64,000 nucleotides of DNA from Deltaproteobacteria bacterium (GTDB taxonomy: Bacteria; Myxococcota_A; UBA9042; PHBI01; JACKFB01). Made by a program: the position numbers and the translations under genes. Location: the NCBI GenBank assembly GCA_020632695.1, contig JACKFB010000003.1, positions 321,061 through 385,060 on the forward strand. Reading direction: 5' to 3'. Position 1 is the stretch's first letter, and every line of letters starts with the position of its first letter. The notes beneath the pieces are model-generated. The model saw only the letters and a program-made list of their open reading frames with translations, did not search any database and was not told the origin of the DNA. Shown here piece by piece: positions 52,587-62,925 of the stretch.

Positions 52587-55500
52587 TCAGCCGAGTCGAT
52601 GAAGGCGGCGCCCCGCCGCCAGCTCGTGTCGCTCGCGTCGCCGCGTCCAGGCCCAGCCGAGGAGCAGCGCGGCGAGCCACGCGCCGCCGTCGCCCGTGGT
52701 GCCGGTGCAGCCTCCGCCTCCGCTGCCTCCGTCGCCTCCGCCGCCCGCGCGGTCGGTCTCCGGCTCGGCGCCGACGTCGTCCGGCGACGCGTCGCCGCTG
52801 GCGTCGGGGGGCGCGCCCGCGTCTTCCCGGTCCGCCACGTCGTCGAGCCCCGCGTCGTCCGGCGGCAGTGCCACGCAGAGGCCGGCCTCCGATCGTGTGC
52901 CGGCGGGGCAGCAACCGTCCACGTCAGCGCAGGCGCCGGGCTCGCACTCGGTCCGCTGCAGCTCCTCGCCGCAGCCGCTGGTCTCCACCCACACGTCGCC
53001 GGCGCAGGCTGCGGTCGACGGCAGCTCGCCGCAGTTGCAGGTCCCCGAGTCGGGCAGGCAGCGCCGTGCGCCGACAGCCCCGGACTTGCAGGAGTAGCCG
53101 CTCGGGCAGGCGTCGGCCAGGCCGCAGGGGACCACGCAGAACGCGCCCGTCGGCATCTGGAGGCAGGTGCCGACGAGGCACTCGGTCGTGTCGCACGGAG
53201 CGCAGGCGACTGGCTCGCAGACGCCGTCCGCGCAGGCGGAGCCGAGCTCGCAGGTCAGGGGCGTGCCTGCGCACTCTCCGGCGGAGCAGGTGTCGCCTTG
53301 GGTGCACGGGTCGCCGTCGTCGCAGCTCGCGGTGTTGTCCTGGTGGACGCAGCCGGAGACCGGGTCGCAGGCGTCGGTGGTGCAGGGGTCGCCGTCGTCG
53401 CAGGCGACCGACGTGTGGGTGCAGCCGGAGGCGGGGTCGCAGGCGTCGGCGGTGCAGGCGTCGCCGTCGTCGCAGGCGATGGCGGCGTGGGTGCAGCCGG
53501 AGGCGGGGTCGCAGGCGTCGGTGGTGCAGGCGTCGGCGTCGTCGCAGGCGATGGCGGTGTGGGTGCAGCCGGAGGCGGGGTCGCAGGCGTCGAAGGTGCA
53601 GGCGTCGGCGTCGCTGCAGGGGACCGGGGCGTGGGTGCAGCCGGTCGCCGGGGCGCAGGCGTCGGTGGTGCAGGGGTTGGCGTCGTCACAAGCGACGCTG
53701 GTGTGGGTACACCCGGACGCCGGGGTGCAGGCATCCGAGGTGCAGGCGTTGGTGTCGTCGCAGTCGCGCGCCGCGTGCGTGCAGCCGAGCTTCGGGTCGC
53801 AGGCGTCGGTGGTGCAGGGGTCCGAGTCGTCGCAGGTGACGGCCGAGTGCCCGCAGCCGGTCTTGGGGTCGCAGGTGTCCTGGGTGCAGGCGTCGCCGTC
53901 GTTGCAGGTGGTGGCGGAGTGCACGCAGCCCGAGGCCGGGTCGCAGGCGTCGGTCGTGCATACGTTCGCGTCGTCGCAGTTCACGGGCGCGCTCACGCAG
54001 CCGCTCTTCGGCTTGCAGGTGTTCGCGGTGCAGGCGTCGGCGTCGTCGCAGTCGACGGCGGCGTGCGCGCAGCCGGAGGCCGGGTCGCAGGTGTCCGCGG
54101 TGCAGGCGTTGGCGTCGTCGCAGCTCAGGGGCACGGACACGCACCCGGCGACGGGGTCGCAGGTGTCTGCGGTGCAGGCGTTCCCGTCATCGCAGCCGAT
54201 GGCCGTGTGGACGCACCCGGTCGCGTGGTCGCAGGTGTCGACGGTGCACACGTTGGCGTCGTCGCAGTCGAGGGACGGGTGGGCGCAGCCGGTGGCGGGG
54301 TCGCAGGTGTCTGCGGTGCAGGCGTCCGCGTCGTCGCAGTCCACCAGATCGGTGACGCATCCCGCCGCGGGGTCACAGGTCTCGGTGGTGCAGACGTCCA
54401 GATCCTCGCAGGACACGAGCTGGTGGGTGCAGCCCTCATCCGCGTCGCAGGCGTCGGTGGTGCAGGCGTCACCGTCGTCGCAGTCCACGGGGTCGTGGGT
54501 GCAGCCGGTGGCGGGGTCGCAGCCGTCGGCGGTGCAGGCGTCGCCGTCGTCGCACGGGTTGGGCGTGAAGAGGCAGGCGCCCGAGCTGTCGCAGCCATCA
54601 TCGGTGCACGGGTCACCGTCATCGCAGGCCTGGGCCACGTGGGTGCAGCCCGTCGCCGGGTCGCAGGCGTCGACGGTGCACGCGAGCGCGTCGTCGCAGT
54701 CGACCGCCGTGGTGGCGCAGCCGGTGAGCGGGTCGCAGATGTCGGTGGTGCAAGCGTTCGCGTCGTCGCAGTCGACCAGGTCGGTGACACAGCCCAGCGC
54801 CGGGTCGCAGGTGTCGGTGGTGCAGGCGTCGTCGTCGTCGCAGTCGACGCTGGCGTGCCCGCACCCGGTGGCGGAGTCGCAGGAGTCGACGGTGCAGGCG
54901 TTCGCGTCGTCACAGTCGACGGCGGCGTGCCCGCAGCCGGCGAGCGGGTCGCAGGTGTCGGTGGTGCAGGCGTCGCCGTCGTCGCAGCCGACGCTGGCGT
55001 GGCCACAGCCGGTGGCGGGGTCACAGGTGTCGTTGGTGCAGGCGTCCGCGTCGTCGCAGTCGACGCTGGTGTGCTCGCAGCCGGCGAGCGGGTCGCAGGT
55101 GTCGTTGGTGCAGGCGTCGTCGTCGTCGCAGCCGACGCTGGCGTGGCCACAGCCGGTGGCGGAGTCGCAAGTGTCGTTGGTGCAGGCGTCCGCGTCGTCG
55201 CAGTCGATGGCGGCGTGCCCGCAGCCGGTGGCGGAGTCGCAAGTGTCGTTGGTGCAGGCGTCCGCGTCGTCGCAGTCGACGGCGGCGTGCTCGCAGCCGG
55301 CGGCGGAGTCGCAAGTGTCGTCGGTGCAGGCGTCCGCGTCGTCGCAGTCGACCAGGTCGGTGACGCACCCTGCCGCCGGGTTGCAAGTCTCGTTGGTGCA
55401 GGCGTCCGCGTCGTCGCAGTCGATGGCGGCGTGCTCGCAGCCGGTGGCGGAGTTGCAGGAGTCGGCGGTGCAGGCGTCCGCGTCGTCGCAGTCGACGTTC

Positions 55501-57785
55501 GCGTGCTCGCAGCCGGTCACCGGGTCGCAGGTGTCGACGGTGCAGGCATCGCCGTCGTCGCAGGAGTGGGGCGCGAAGGTGCAGTCGCCCGAGCTGTCGC
55601 AGCCGTCGTCGGTGCACGGGTTGCCATCGTCGCACTGCTGCGCCACATGGGTGCAGCCAGTCCCCGGGTCGCACGCGTCGACCGTGCACGGGAGCGCATC
55701 GTCGCAGTCGATCCCGGCGTGCGCGCAGCCGGTGCCGGGCTCGCAGGTGTCTGCGGTGCAGGCGTCGGCGTCGTCGCAGTCGACCGCGGCGTTGGCGCAG
55801 CCTGTGGCGGGGTCGCAGGTGTCCGCGGTGCAGGCGTCGGCGTCGTCGCAGTCGACGGCGGTGTTCACGCAGCCCGACGCCGGGTTGCAGCTGTCGGTGG
55901 TGCAGGCGTCGGCGTCGTCGCAGTCGGTCCCCGCGTGGGCGCAGCCGGTGGTCGAGTCGCAGGTGTCTGCGGTGCATGCGTCCGCGTCGTCACAGTCGAT
56001 GGTGGCGTTGACGCATCCCGACGCCGGATCGCAGCTGTCGGTCGTGCATGCGTCGGCGTCGTCGCAGTCGACGGTGCGGCGTGGCCGCAGCCGGTGGTCG
56101 AGTCGCAGGTGTCGTTGGTGCAGGCGTCCGCGTCGTCGCAGGTCGCAGGTGTCGTTGGTGCAGGCGTCGGCGTCGTCGCAGTCGACGGCGGCGTGGGCGC
56201 AGCCGGTGGTCGAGTCGCAGGTGTCGTTGGTGCAGGCGTCCGCGTCGTCGCAGTCGACGGCGGCGTTGACGCATCCCGACGCCGGATCGCAGCTGTCGGT
56301 CGTGCATGCGTCGGCGTCGTCGCAGTCGACGGTGGCGTGGCCGCAGCCGGTGGTCGAGTCGCAGGTGTCCGCGGTACAGGCGTCCGCGTCGTCGCACTCG
56401 ACGGCATCGTTCACGCATCCCGAAGCGGAGTCGCAGCTGTCGGAGGTGCAGGCGTCGGCGTCATCACAGTCGACCGCGGTGTGGCCGCATCCGGTGGTCG
56501 AGTCGCAGCTATCGGTGGTGCAGGCGTCAGCGTCGTCGCAGTCGACGGCATCGTTGACGCATCCCGAAGCCGGGTCGCAGCTGTCGGAGGTGCAGGCGTC
56601 GACGTCATCACAGTCGACGGCGGCGTGGCCGCATCCGGTCGTCGGGTCGCAGCTATCGGTGGTGCAGGCGTCGGCGTCGTCGCAGTCGACGGCGGCGTGC
56701 TCGCAGCCGGTGGTCGGGTCGCAGCTATCGGTGGTGCAAGCGTCCGCGTCGTCGCAGTCGACGGCGGCGTGCTCGCAGCCGGTCACCGGGTCGCAGGTGT
56801 CGACGGTGCAAGCATCGCCGTCGTCGCAGGAGTGAGGCTCGAAAGCGCAATCGCCCGAGCTGTCGCAGCCGTCGTCGGTACACGGGTTGCCGTCGTCGCA
56901 CTGCTGAGCCACATGGGTGCAGCCCGTCCCCGGATCGCACGCGTCGACCGTGCACGGGAGCGCATCGTCGCAGTCGATCCCGGCGTGCGCGCACCCGGTG
57001 ACGGGATCGCAGGTGTCTGCGGTGCAAGCGTCCGAGTCGTCGCAGTCGACCGCGGCGTTGGCGCAGCCTGTGGCGGGGTCGCAGGTGTCCGCGGTGCAGG
57101 CGTCGGCGTCGTCACAGTCGACGGCGGCGTTCACGCATCCCGACGCCGGGTTGCAACTGTCGGTGGTGCAGGCGTCGGCGTCGTCGCAGCTCACCGCGGC
57201 GTTGGCGCAGCCCGTGGTGGGGTCGCAGGTGTCTGCGGTGCAGGCGTCGGCGTCGTCACAGTCGAGGGCGGCGTGCTCGCATCCCGAGGCAGAGTCGCAG
57301 CCATCGGTGGTGCAGGCGTCGGCGTCGTCGCAGTCGACCGCGGCGTGCCCGCAGCCGGTTGTCGGGTCGCAGGTGTCGGTGGTGCAGGCGTTGGCGTCGC
57401 CGCAGTCGATCGCGGCGTTGGCGCAGCCGGTAGTGGAGTCGCAGGTGTCTGCGGTGCAGGCATCGGCGTCGTCGCAATCGACGCGCGCGTGGGCGCAGCC
57501 GGTGTGGGGTCGCAGGTGTCTGTGGTGCAGGCGTCGGCGTCGTCGCAGTCGACTGCCGTGTTGACGCACCCCGAGGCGGGGTCGCAGCTGTCGGTGGTGC
57601 AGGCGTCTGCGTCGTCGCAGCTCACCGCCTCGTTGGCGCAGCCTGTGGTGGGGTCGCAGGTGTCTGCGGTGCAGGCGTCGGCGTCGTCGCAGTCGACTGC
57701 CGTGTTGACGCATCCCGATGCCGCGTTGCAGCTGTCGGTGGTGCATGCGTCGGCGTCGTCGCAATCGACGCTCGCGTGGGCGCAC
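52587..57785 (-). CDS. C-terminal portion of giant secreted protein: tandem 24-aa Cys-rich repeats plus MYXO-CTERM-like sorting signal
   Basis: In-frame [19 protein letters not shown] units throughout. Ends with a Cys/Gly-rich stretch, a hydrophobic helix and an Arg cluster ([33 protein letters not shown]). Joined to the upstream portion by a frameshift near 57.49 kb. Confidence 0.75.
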   Translation of the reverse strand: MRPRERRLRRRRRMHHRQLQRGIGMRQHGSRLRRRRRLHRRHLRPHHRLRQRGGELRRRRRLHHRQLRPRLGVRQHGSRLRRRRRLHHRHLRPHTGCAHARVDCDDADACTADTCDSTTGCANAAIDCGDANACTTDTCDPTTGCGHAAVDCDDADACTTDGCDSASGCEHAALDCDDADACTADTCDPTTGCANAAVSCDDADACTTDSCNPASGCVNAAVDCDDADACTADTCDPATGCANAAVDCDDSDACTADTCDPVTGCAHAGIDCDDALPCTVDACDPGTGCTHVAQQCDDGNPCTDDGCDSSGDCAFEPHSCDDGDACTVDTCDPVTGCEHAAVDCDDADACTTDSCDPTTGCEHAAVDCDDADACTTDSCDPTTGCGHAAVDCDDVDACTSDSCDPASGCVNDAVDCDDADACTTDSCDSTTGCGHTAVDCDDADACTSDSCDSASGCVNDAVECDDADACTADTCDSTTGCGHATVDCDDADACTTDSCDPASGCVNAAVDCDDADACTNDTCDSTTGCAHAAVDCDDADACTNDTCDLRRRGRLHQRHLRLDHRLRPRRTVDCDDADACTTDSCDPASGCVNATIDCDDADACTADTCDSTTGCAHAGTDCDDADACTTDSCNPASGCVNTAVDCDDADACTADTCDPATGCANAAVDCDDADACTADTCEPGTGCAHAGIDCDDALPCTVDACDPGTGCTHVAQQCDDGNPCTDDGCDSSGDCTFAPHSCDDGDACTVDTCDPVTGCEHANVDCDDADACTADSCNSATGCEHAAIDCDDADACTNETCNPAAGCVTDLVDCDDADACTDDTCDSAAGCEHAAVDCDDADACTNDTCDSATGCGHAAIDCDDADACTNDTCDSATGCGHASVGCDDDDACTNDTCDPLAGCEHTSVDCDDADACTNDTCDPATGCGHASVGCDDGDACTTDTCDPLAGCGHAAVDCDDANACTVDSCDSATGCGHASVDCDDDDACTTDTCDPALGCVTDLVDCDDANACTTDICDPLTGCATTAVDCDDALACTVDACDPATGCTHVAQACDDGDPCTDDGCDSSGACLFTPNPCDDGDACTADGCDPATGCTHDPVDCDDGDACTTDACDADEGCTHQLVSCEDLDVCTTETCDPAAGCVTDLVDCDDADACTADTCDPATGCAHPSLDCDDANVCTVDTCDHATGCVHTAIGCDDGNACTADTCDPVAGCVSVPLSCDDANACTADTCDPASGCAHAAVDCDDADACTANTCKPKSGCVSAPVNCDDANVCTTDACDPASGCVHSATTCNDGDACTQDTCDPKTGCGHSAVTCDDSDPCTTDACDPKLGCTHAARDCDDTNACTSDACTPASGCTHTSVACDDANPCTTDACAPATGCTHAPVPCSDADACTFDACDPASGCTHTAIACDDADACTTDACDPASGCTHAAIACDDGDACTADACDPASGCTHTSVACDDGDPCTTDACDPVSGCVHQDNTASCDDGDPCTQGDTCSAGECAGTPLTCELGSACADGVCEPVACAPCDTTECLVGTCLQMPTGAFCVVPCGLADACPSGYSCKSGAVGARRCLPDSGTCNCGELPSTAACAGDVWVETSGCGEELQRTECEPGACADVDGCCPAGTRSEAGLCVALPPDDAGLDDVADREDAGAPPDASGDASPDDVGAEPETDRAGGGGDGGSGGGGCTGTTGDGGAWLAALLLGWAWTRRRERHELAAGRRLHRLG

Positions 57786-58860
57786 CCGGTGCTCGAGTCG
57801 CAGCTGTCGGTGGTGCAGGCGTCCGCGTCGTCACAGTCGAGGGCGGTGTTGACGCACCCCGAGGCGGGGTCGCAGCTGTCGGTGGTGCAGGCGTCGGCGT
57901 CGTCGCAGCTCACCGCGTCGTTGACGCACCCCGAGGCGGGGTCGCAGCTGTCGGTGGTGCAGGCGTCCGCGTCGTCGCAGTCGAGGGCGTCGTTGACGCA
58001 CCCCGAGGCGGGGTCGCAGCTGTCGGTGGTGCAGGCGTCCGCGTCGTCGCAGCTCACCGCGTCGTTGACGCACCCCGAGGCGGGGTCGCAGCTGTCGGTG
58101 GTGCATGCGTCTGCGTCGTCGCAGCTCACGGCGTCGTTGGCGCAGCCTGTGGTGGGGTCGCAGGTGTCTGCGGTGCAGGCGTCGGCGTCGTCGCAGTCGA
58201 CTGCCGTGTTGACGCATCCCGACGCCGCGTTGCAGCTGTCGGTGGTGCATGCGTCTGCGTCGTCGCAATCGACGCTCGCGTGGGCGCACCCGGTGCTCGA
58301 GTCGCAGCTGTCGGTGGTGCAGGCGTCTGCGTCGTCGCAGCTCACCGCGGCGTTGACGCACCCGGAGGCGGGGTCGCAGCTGTCGGTGGTGCAGGCGTCG
58401 GCGTCGTCGCAGCTCACGCCGGTGTGGATGCAGCCCGCGGCCGCGTTGCAGGTGTCCGCGGTGCACGCGTCCGCGTCGTCGCAGTCGACCGCCGCGGTGA
58501 CGCACCCCGTCGCCGGCTCGCAGGTGTCCGCGGTGCACGCGTCCGCGTCGTCGCAGTCGACCGCGGCGTTGACGCAGCCGGTCGCAGGGTCGCAGCTGTC
58601 GACGGTGCAGGCGTCCGCGTCGTCGCAGCTCACGCCGGTGTGGACGCAGCCCACGGCCGGGCTGCATGTGTCATCGGTGCACGCGTTGGCGTCGTCGCAG
58701 TCCACGGCCGCTCGCACGCACCCGCTGCCCGAGTCGCAGACATCGCTGGTGCACGCGTCGTCGTCGTCGCAGTCGACCGGCACCACCACGCACGTGCCCG
58801 CGGCTCCGCAGCTCGTCTCGGTGCAGGCGTCTCCGTCCTCGCACGCCGCGTCGCTCAGCA
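53285..58860 (-). repeat. array of about 72-bp coding tandem repeats (roughly 75-80 units, estimated from length not counted)
   Basis: Unit CDD(A/G)DACT.D.CDP..GC.H..V(D/S) with 4 Cys per 24 aa. Very high nucleotide-level similarity between units. Confidence 0.8.
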
Positions 58861-60901
58861 CGCAGCCCACACAGCACGGCGCCGACTCGCCCCCGTCGCA
58901 CTGCTCACCAGGCTCGACCGTCCCGTTCCCACAGGTCGCCACGATCGCCGCCACCGCCGACGGCGCGATGATCAGCCCGGCGCCCCACACATCGCTCGGC
59001 CCTCCCGCGCCGGTGGTCGTCGTGAGCGCCGTCCGCACCTCCGCCGGAGACAGCGCCGGGTTCACCTGCAGCATCAACGCCACGACCCCCGCGGCCGCCG
59101 GCGCGGCCATGCTGGTGCCGCGCAACGCCGCGTACTCCGCGGGACCGCTGCCATCGAGATACAGGCCGTCGCTGTCGACGATGTAGTACGTCTCCAACGG
59201 GGCCAACGGGTTTCGCGCCGAGATCGTCGCCGCGCCGGGCGCCGCCAGCGTGGGCATGGCGGCGCCGTCGATCCGCGGGCCGTGACTGCTGAAGGTCGCC
59301 ATCTGCCCGTTGGCGTCCTCGGGGAAGCTCCACGACTGCCCGAAATAGTCCGTCCAGGACCGGGCGTGGACGAGCGCCCCGACCGAGATGGCGAGATCCG
59401 CAAGCGCCGGACTGGCGATCGTGTACCCCGCGTCCGCGCCGCCGAAGCTCGCCTCGAGCTCCCACGCGTAGAGATGAACCAACGCCGCAGGCCCCGCCGA
59501 GCCGTCGCGGGTGACCGTCAGCGTGTAGGTGCGCGTGGTCCCCGACGGGACGGCCGGGTGCAGCTCGTAGGTGCGCGCGCGGGTTCCTCGCACGCTCGTG
59601 TCGTCGTAGATGGACGCGAACGACTCTCCCACCGTGAGGCCCCCGGCGACCGCGACCGCCTCCGCGGAGCCGCCCGCGTCGGGGCGCCACACCAGGTTCA
59701 CCCGGATGGACGCGCCCGCGTCCAAGGTGCCGAACCGATTGTCGACCGTCAGCGCGAAGACCCGCGACTCGCTCGGGTTCAACGAGGCCGACGCGTGCCG
59801 GGCGGCGTCTGCGTCGTTGCCCGCCGCGATGACGACGGTCACCCCCGCCGCGACCGCCGCATCCACCGCCTGGCTCTTGGCGTCGCTGCCGTCCGGGAAG
59901 ACGGCCTGCCCGCCGTAGCTCATCGAGAACACCCCGCAGCCCACCTGGGAGGACCGGGTGACCGCCTTCACGATGTCGGCGTCGCTGGACGTCGCGTCGA
60001 CGTCGTTGCCGATCTTGAAGAAGCGCAGTGACGCCCCCGGCGCCACCCCCGCGTACTTGCCGTACGAGCGCGCCCCGGTGCCGACCACCGTGCCGGTCAC
60101 GTGGGTGCCGTGGGTCGAGACCGTGCTCGAGACCGCCGTGCTCCAGTCGCTCGGGTCCAGGCCGTCGGTCACGTCCCGGGCCTCGACGAGGTTCGGGAAG
60201 TCGCCATGGAACACGTAGAGCTCGGAGTCCGCGACACACACCGACACCCCCGCCCCGTTGGCCGCCGGAACGCCGTTCCCGCTCCACACCGACGGCACGG
60301 CCATCGCCCCCCGCGCGTTCTGGTTCGTCGGGCGGTTGACCCCCTCGGCCGATCGCACGGCCACCACGCCCGGATATCGCGCCAGCGCCGCCAGCGACGC
60401 GTAGGGGACCTCCATCAGGTGGAAGCCGTAGGGATGATGGCCGGGCACCGCGGGCACGAAGATGCTGTGGCTGACGCGGATCCCCTGCGCTTCGAGCTCG
60501 GCCAGCTCCTCATCGGAGAGGCGCTCGCGCACGTACACCGCGCAGCTCTCGCGGTCGGCGTGGGACGGATCCAGGCCCGCGCGACGCAGGGTCCGCTCCC
60601 GCGACCCTTCGGGCATCCCCGCCACCTCGTCGCGCAGCCGCCGGTGGTAGTCGATCATCCCGCCGATGAGCGCGGCGCTCTCCCTGGGCGGCGACGGGTC
60701 CGCTGGCGACGCGGCGGGCGCCGGCTGCAGCGAAGGCAGCGCGCTCGCATGAAGGTCCGTATCCTGACCCGCGGCGGCGGCCGGCGGGTGCGCGCCGTCG
60801 AGCTCGCCGGGTCGCTCGCCCCCCGAGCAGGCGGCGAGCAGCAGTCCCGACAACAAGCTCCGCACGAAACGGGCCGCCAAAGGCCTGACGCAAGATGGCA
60901 T
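57191..60901 (-). CDS. N-terminal portion of giant secreted protein: lipoprotein signal plus S8 subtilisin-like peptidase plus start of Cys-rich repeat array
   Basis: Lipobox LLAAC. S8 His motif HGTHVTGTVVG, Asn motif AAGNDAD, Ser motif GTSMAAPAAAGVVAL. Repeats begin near 58.86 kb. The last about 100 codons of this ORF are an out-of-frame read-through. Confidence 0.8.
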   Translation of the reverse strand: MPSCVRPLAARFVRSLLSGLLLAACSGGERPGELDGAHPPAAAAGQDTDLHASALPSLQPAPAASPADPSPPRESAALIGGMIDYHRRLRDEVAGMPEGSRERTLRRAGLDPSHADRESCAVYVRERLSDEELAELEAQGIRVSHSIFVPAVPGHHPYGFHLMEVPYASLAALARYPGVVAVRSAEGVNRPTNQNARGAMAVPSVWSGNGVPAANGAGVSVCVADSELYVFHGDFPNLVEARDVTDGLDPSDWSTAVSSTVSTHGTHVTGTVVGTGARSYGKYAGVAPGASLRFFKIGNDVDATSSDADIVKAVTRSSQVGCGVFSMSYGGQAVFPDGSDAKSQAVDAAVAAGVTVVIAAGNDADAARHASASLNPSESRVFALTVDNRFGTLDAGASIRVNLVWRPDAGGSAEAVAVAGGLTVGESFASIYDDTSVRGTRARTYELHPAVPSGTTRTYTLTVTRDGSAGPAALVHLYAWELEASFGGADAGYTIASPALADLAISVGALVHARSWTDYFGQSWSFPEDANGQMATFSSHGPRIDGAAMPTLAAPGAATISARNPLAPLETYYIVDSDGLYLDGSGPAEYAALRGTSMAAPAAAGVVALMLQVNPALSPAEVRTALTTTTGAGGPSDVWGAGLIIAPSAVAAIVATCGNGTVEPGEQCDGGESAPCCVGCVLSDAACEDGDACTETSCGAAGTCVVVPVDCDDDDACTSDVCDSGSGCVRAAVDCDDANACTDDTCSPAVGCVHTGVSCDDADACTVDSCDPATGCVNAAVDCDDADACTADTCEPATGCVTAAVDCDDADACTADTCNAAAGCIHTGVSCDDADACTTDSCDPASGCVNAAVSCDDADACTTDSCDSSTGCAHASVDCDDADACTTDSCNAASGCVNTAVDCDDADACTADTCDPTTGCANDAVSCDDADACTTDSCDPASGCVNDAVSCDDADACTTDSCDPASGCVNDALDCDDADACTTDSCDPASGCVNDAVSCDDADACTTDSCDPASGCVNTALDCDDADACTTDSCDSSTGCAHASVDCDDADACTTDSCNAASGCVNTAVDCDDADACTADTCDPTTGCANEAVSCDDADACTTDSCDPASGCVNTAVDCDDADACTTDTCDPTPAAPTRASIATTPMPAPQTPATPLPAAPTPRSTAATPTPAPPTPATRQPAAGTPRSTATTPTPAPPMAATLPRDASTPPSTVTTPTPAPQTPATPPRAAPTPR

Positions 60902-61316
60902 CGAGTCTCCATGTCGTCCGACCGGGCGACCCACGGGAGCGAAGTTTTCCGGGACAGGACCTTCTAGCCATGCGCCCGCACGCGGTCAATGAGCAGTCCA
61001 CTCTCGCTCGGAACCCGCTCCGAGCCGGAGGCGACCCCGCCGCTGGGCGCTCCCCGCCGCCGAGCAGGGCCCGGCCGCCACCGGAAAGCTGCCCGGGCGA
61101 CCGAGTGGCTGGACCTGCGCGGAATCAGACCGCATAGTGTCGCCCACGATCGCTTCAGCCGCGGAGCGTGCGAGGCCTCTCCGGAGACTACCGGCCGCGG
61201 TCCGGCAGCGGTCCCCGACACCCATGCCAGAATCAGCCAGTCCCGCCGCGGCGGGACGCGTCAGCGGGCAGCCCATCGCGGCCGCGCGAGGGCGCCGCAC
61301 GACCAGAGGAGCCTCC

Positions 61317-62261
61317 ATGCGACGATCGTTGGTGCTCGCGGCTACGGCGTTCCTGCTCTGCCTGGGCGGCGGCGCGGCGATGTCGGCCGAGCCGGGGACG
61401 GTCGAGGGGCCGGAGCAGGTCTACAACCAGGCGATGGAAGCCTACTCGGCCGGCCGCTTCGCCGAGGCGGCCAAGGGCTTCGAGGCCGCCTACGGGATGA
61501 TCTCCGACGCCGCGCTGCTGTGGAACATCGGCCGCTCCTGGGAGCAGGCCGGCGAGCTGGAGCGGGCGCGCGACGCCTACCGCAACTTCCTGGGCCACCA
61601 CGACGTGGACGCCGAGCTGCGGGTCAAGGTGGCGGACGCGCTGGTGCGCGTGGGCGGCAAGATCCAGGCGCGCCTGGACGCGACGACCCAAGCCGCGCGC
61701 ATCGAGCAGCTCCGGAGGGAGATCCGCGAGGCCGAGACCGAGCGGAACGCCGAGCTGATCCGGAAGCTCGAGGCGCAGCTCCAGCGGGAGGAGGCGCAGC
61801 GCGAGGCCGAGGCACCGCCTCCGGTGGTGACGCCCGAGCCGGTGGTGACGCCCGAGCCGGTGGTGACGCCCGAGCCGACCTTGCACCAGAGCGCGGAGCT
61901 GCCCGCACGGGGGCCGCACCCGATGAGCTGGGTCGCCCTGGGCGTCGGCGTGGCGGCGGCCGGCGTGGGCGTGTGGATGCTGGTCAGCGCCGGCGACAAG
62001 CGCGACACGGTGAACGCGGCCATCGACGGCGCCCAGCAGGGCTTCGTCACGCAGATGTCGCGGTCCGAGGCGCTGCAGTTCGAGAGCGACGCGAACCGCA
62101 ACGCGACCATCGGCGTCGCGATGCTGGGCGTGGGCGGAGCGCTCACCGTGACGGGGGTCATCCTGGCCGTCACGACGCGACGCAAGGGCGGGCCGGCGGT
62201 GTCCTTCGGGGCGATCCCGGGCCGCGAGACCACGATGCTGACCGCCAGCGGTCGGTTCTGA
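61317..62261 (+). CDS. TPR-repeat protein with signal peptide and C-terminal TM anchor
   Basis: Start at Met 61 of ORF 61137..62261. TPR-like helices (AMEAYSAGRFAEAAKGFEAAYG). Three repeats of VVTPEP. A hydrophobic helix near the C-terminus. Confidence 0.65.
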   Translation: MRRSLVLAATAFLLCLGGGAAMSAEPGTVEGPEQVYNQAMEAYSAGRFAEAAKGFEAAYGMISDAALLWNIGRSWEQAGELERARDAYRNFLGHHDVDAELRVKVADALVRVGGKIQARLDATTQAARIEQLRREIREAETERNAELIRKLEAQLQREEAQREAEAPPPVVTPEPVVTPEPVVTPEPTLHQSAELPARGPHPMSWVALGVGVAAAGVGVWMLVSAGDKRDTVNAAIDGAQQGFVTQMSRSEALQFESDANRNATIGVAMLGVGGALTVTGVILAVTTRRKGGPAVSFGAIPGRETTMLTASGRF

Positions 62262-62299
62262 GCGGGCGCGAGATGGCATACCCACACCGAGGCCACGAC

Positions 62300-62803
62300 A
62301 TGCGCGAGCGAACGATCCACCACCCAGCCGCTGGCCCACGCGCCAGCGCCCTCCTGATGGCGGCCTGGCTCATGTGCGCCGCGCTCGCCAGCGCCGGCTG
62401 CCAGGAGTCGCTCCACATCGACGACTCCGACGTCCGGTGGCTGTGCCAGACCGACGCGCACTGCGGCAGCGGGTACCGATGCGGGCCGAACAACGTGTGC
62501 GTGCCAGAGGCCGGCGCGCCCGACGTCACCGTCGACACCACCGTCGACACCACCGCCGACACGGCGGTCGACACGACCGTGGACACCACGCCGATCAATC
62601 GCACCCGCGACTGCGGCTCGGTCTGCGCGCACCTGCAGGATCTGGGCGGATGCCCGAGCACGGCGCTGCGAAGCCTCACCTGCCAGCTCACCTGCGGCTT
62701 CGTGGTCTCGGGAGACGCCTGCTTCGACTGCTTGCTGGAGACCACGGGCTGCGACCAGGTGGACACCTGCCTGCAGGCGTCGTGCGGACTCACGCCGGAG
62801 TGA
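62300..62803 (+). CDS. small Cys-rich lipoprotein
   Basis: 167 aa. Lipobox ASAGC. (VDTT)n tandem coding repeat. About 14 Cys. Confidence 0.6.
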   Translation: MRERTIHHPAAGPRASALLMAAWLMCAALASAGCQESLHIDDSDVRWLCQTDAHCGSGYRCGPNNVCVPEAGAPDVTVDTTVDTTADTAVDTTVDTTPINRTRDCGSVCAHLQDLGGCPSTALRSLTCQLTCGFVVSGDACFDCLLETTGCDQVDTCLQASCGLTPE

Positions 62804-62925
62804 GCGCCCCGGTGTGAGCCTCCGCGCCGGTCCGCACGCGGCGCTCGCCGCGGCCGCCGTGTTGGGCGCGGTCGGGGCGGGCATCCTCATGTCCAGAGGT
62901 GTCCAGGCAGCCGGCCGCAGCTCCC

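Noticed and set aside
53285-58860. Possible CRISPR array (many near-identical direct repeats)
   Set aside because: Units are contiguous 72-bp coding repeats with no interspersed unique spacers. They are in-frame and encode a conserved 24-aa Cys-rich peptide. No cas genes are present. The same reasoning excludes the 12-bp and 17-bp tandem tracts at 14.7 kb and 10.1 kb.
52599-59186. 2195-aa plus-strand ORF (and a 1222-aa ORF at 53167..56835) overlapping the giant minus-strand gene
   Set aside because: These are antisense read-through of a perfectly periodic GC-rich repeat array. The translation is low-complexity (A/G/V/R-rich) with no motifs. The minus strand carries a coherent S8 protease plus Cys-repeat protein.
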